Origin: Chiloscyllium plagiosum
Taxonomy: Eukaryota
Assembly: GCF_004010195.1 (NCBI RefSeq)
Contig: NC_057744.1
Span: forward strand, 10,853,733 to 10,917,732
DNA length: 64,000 nt
Reading direction: 5' to 3'
Positions 63,923-64,000 of this stretch are shown here, piece by piece; the first letter of the stretch is position 1, and each line of letters starts with the position of its first letter. The position numbers were made by a program, and so were the translations under genes. A model generated the notes under the pieces. That model ran no database searches. It was not told the origin of the DNA and was given only the letters and a program-made list of their open reading frames with translations.

Positions 63923-64000
63923 ATGGTAGTCTGGTCAACATCTAACATTTTCTTAAAACAAAGTAAATAGTCAGCAGGTCTGTCAGTATCTGTGGATATA

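Overview
Repeat-rich vertebrate genomic DNA. The HE1-type SINEs and HER1/CR1-type LINEs point to a cartilaginous fish, probably a shark. The window holds the head-to-head small heat-shock pair CRYAB (exon 1 only, minus strand) and HSPB2 (complete, 2 exons, 182 aa). It also holds the first two coding exons of a C11orf52-like acylated membrane protein, matching the human 11q23 gene order. Between HSPB2 and C11orf52 (~8.0-22.3 kb) I find a chain of phase-compatible plus-strand exons missed by the ORF track. By eye their product resembles a very divergent M14 carboxypeptidase fold, and it carries in-frame stops, mostly TGA. It is either an unannotated decayed gene or, less likely, a recoded one. 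Most of the rest is CR1-clade LINEs, HE1 SINEs, Deu-type SINEs and Penelope-like elements. Many Penelope termini are fold-back units with 11-15 bp target-site duplications and minimal hammerhead-ribozyme cores. All homologies were judged by eye, and repeat boundaries are approximate.
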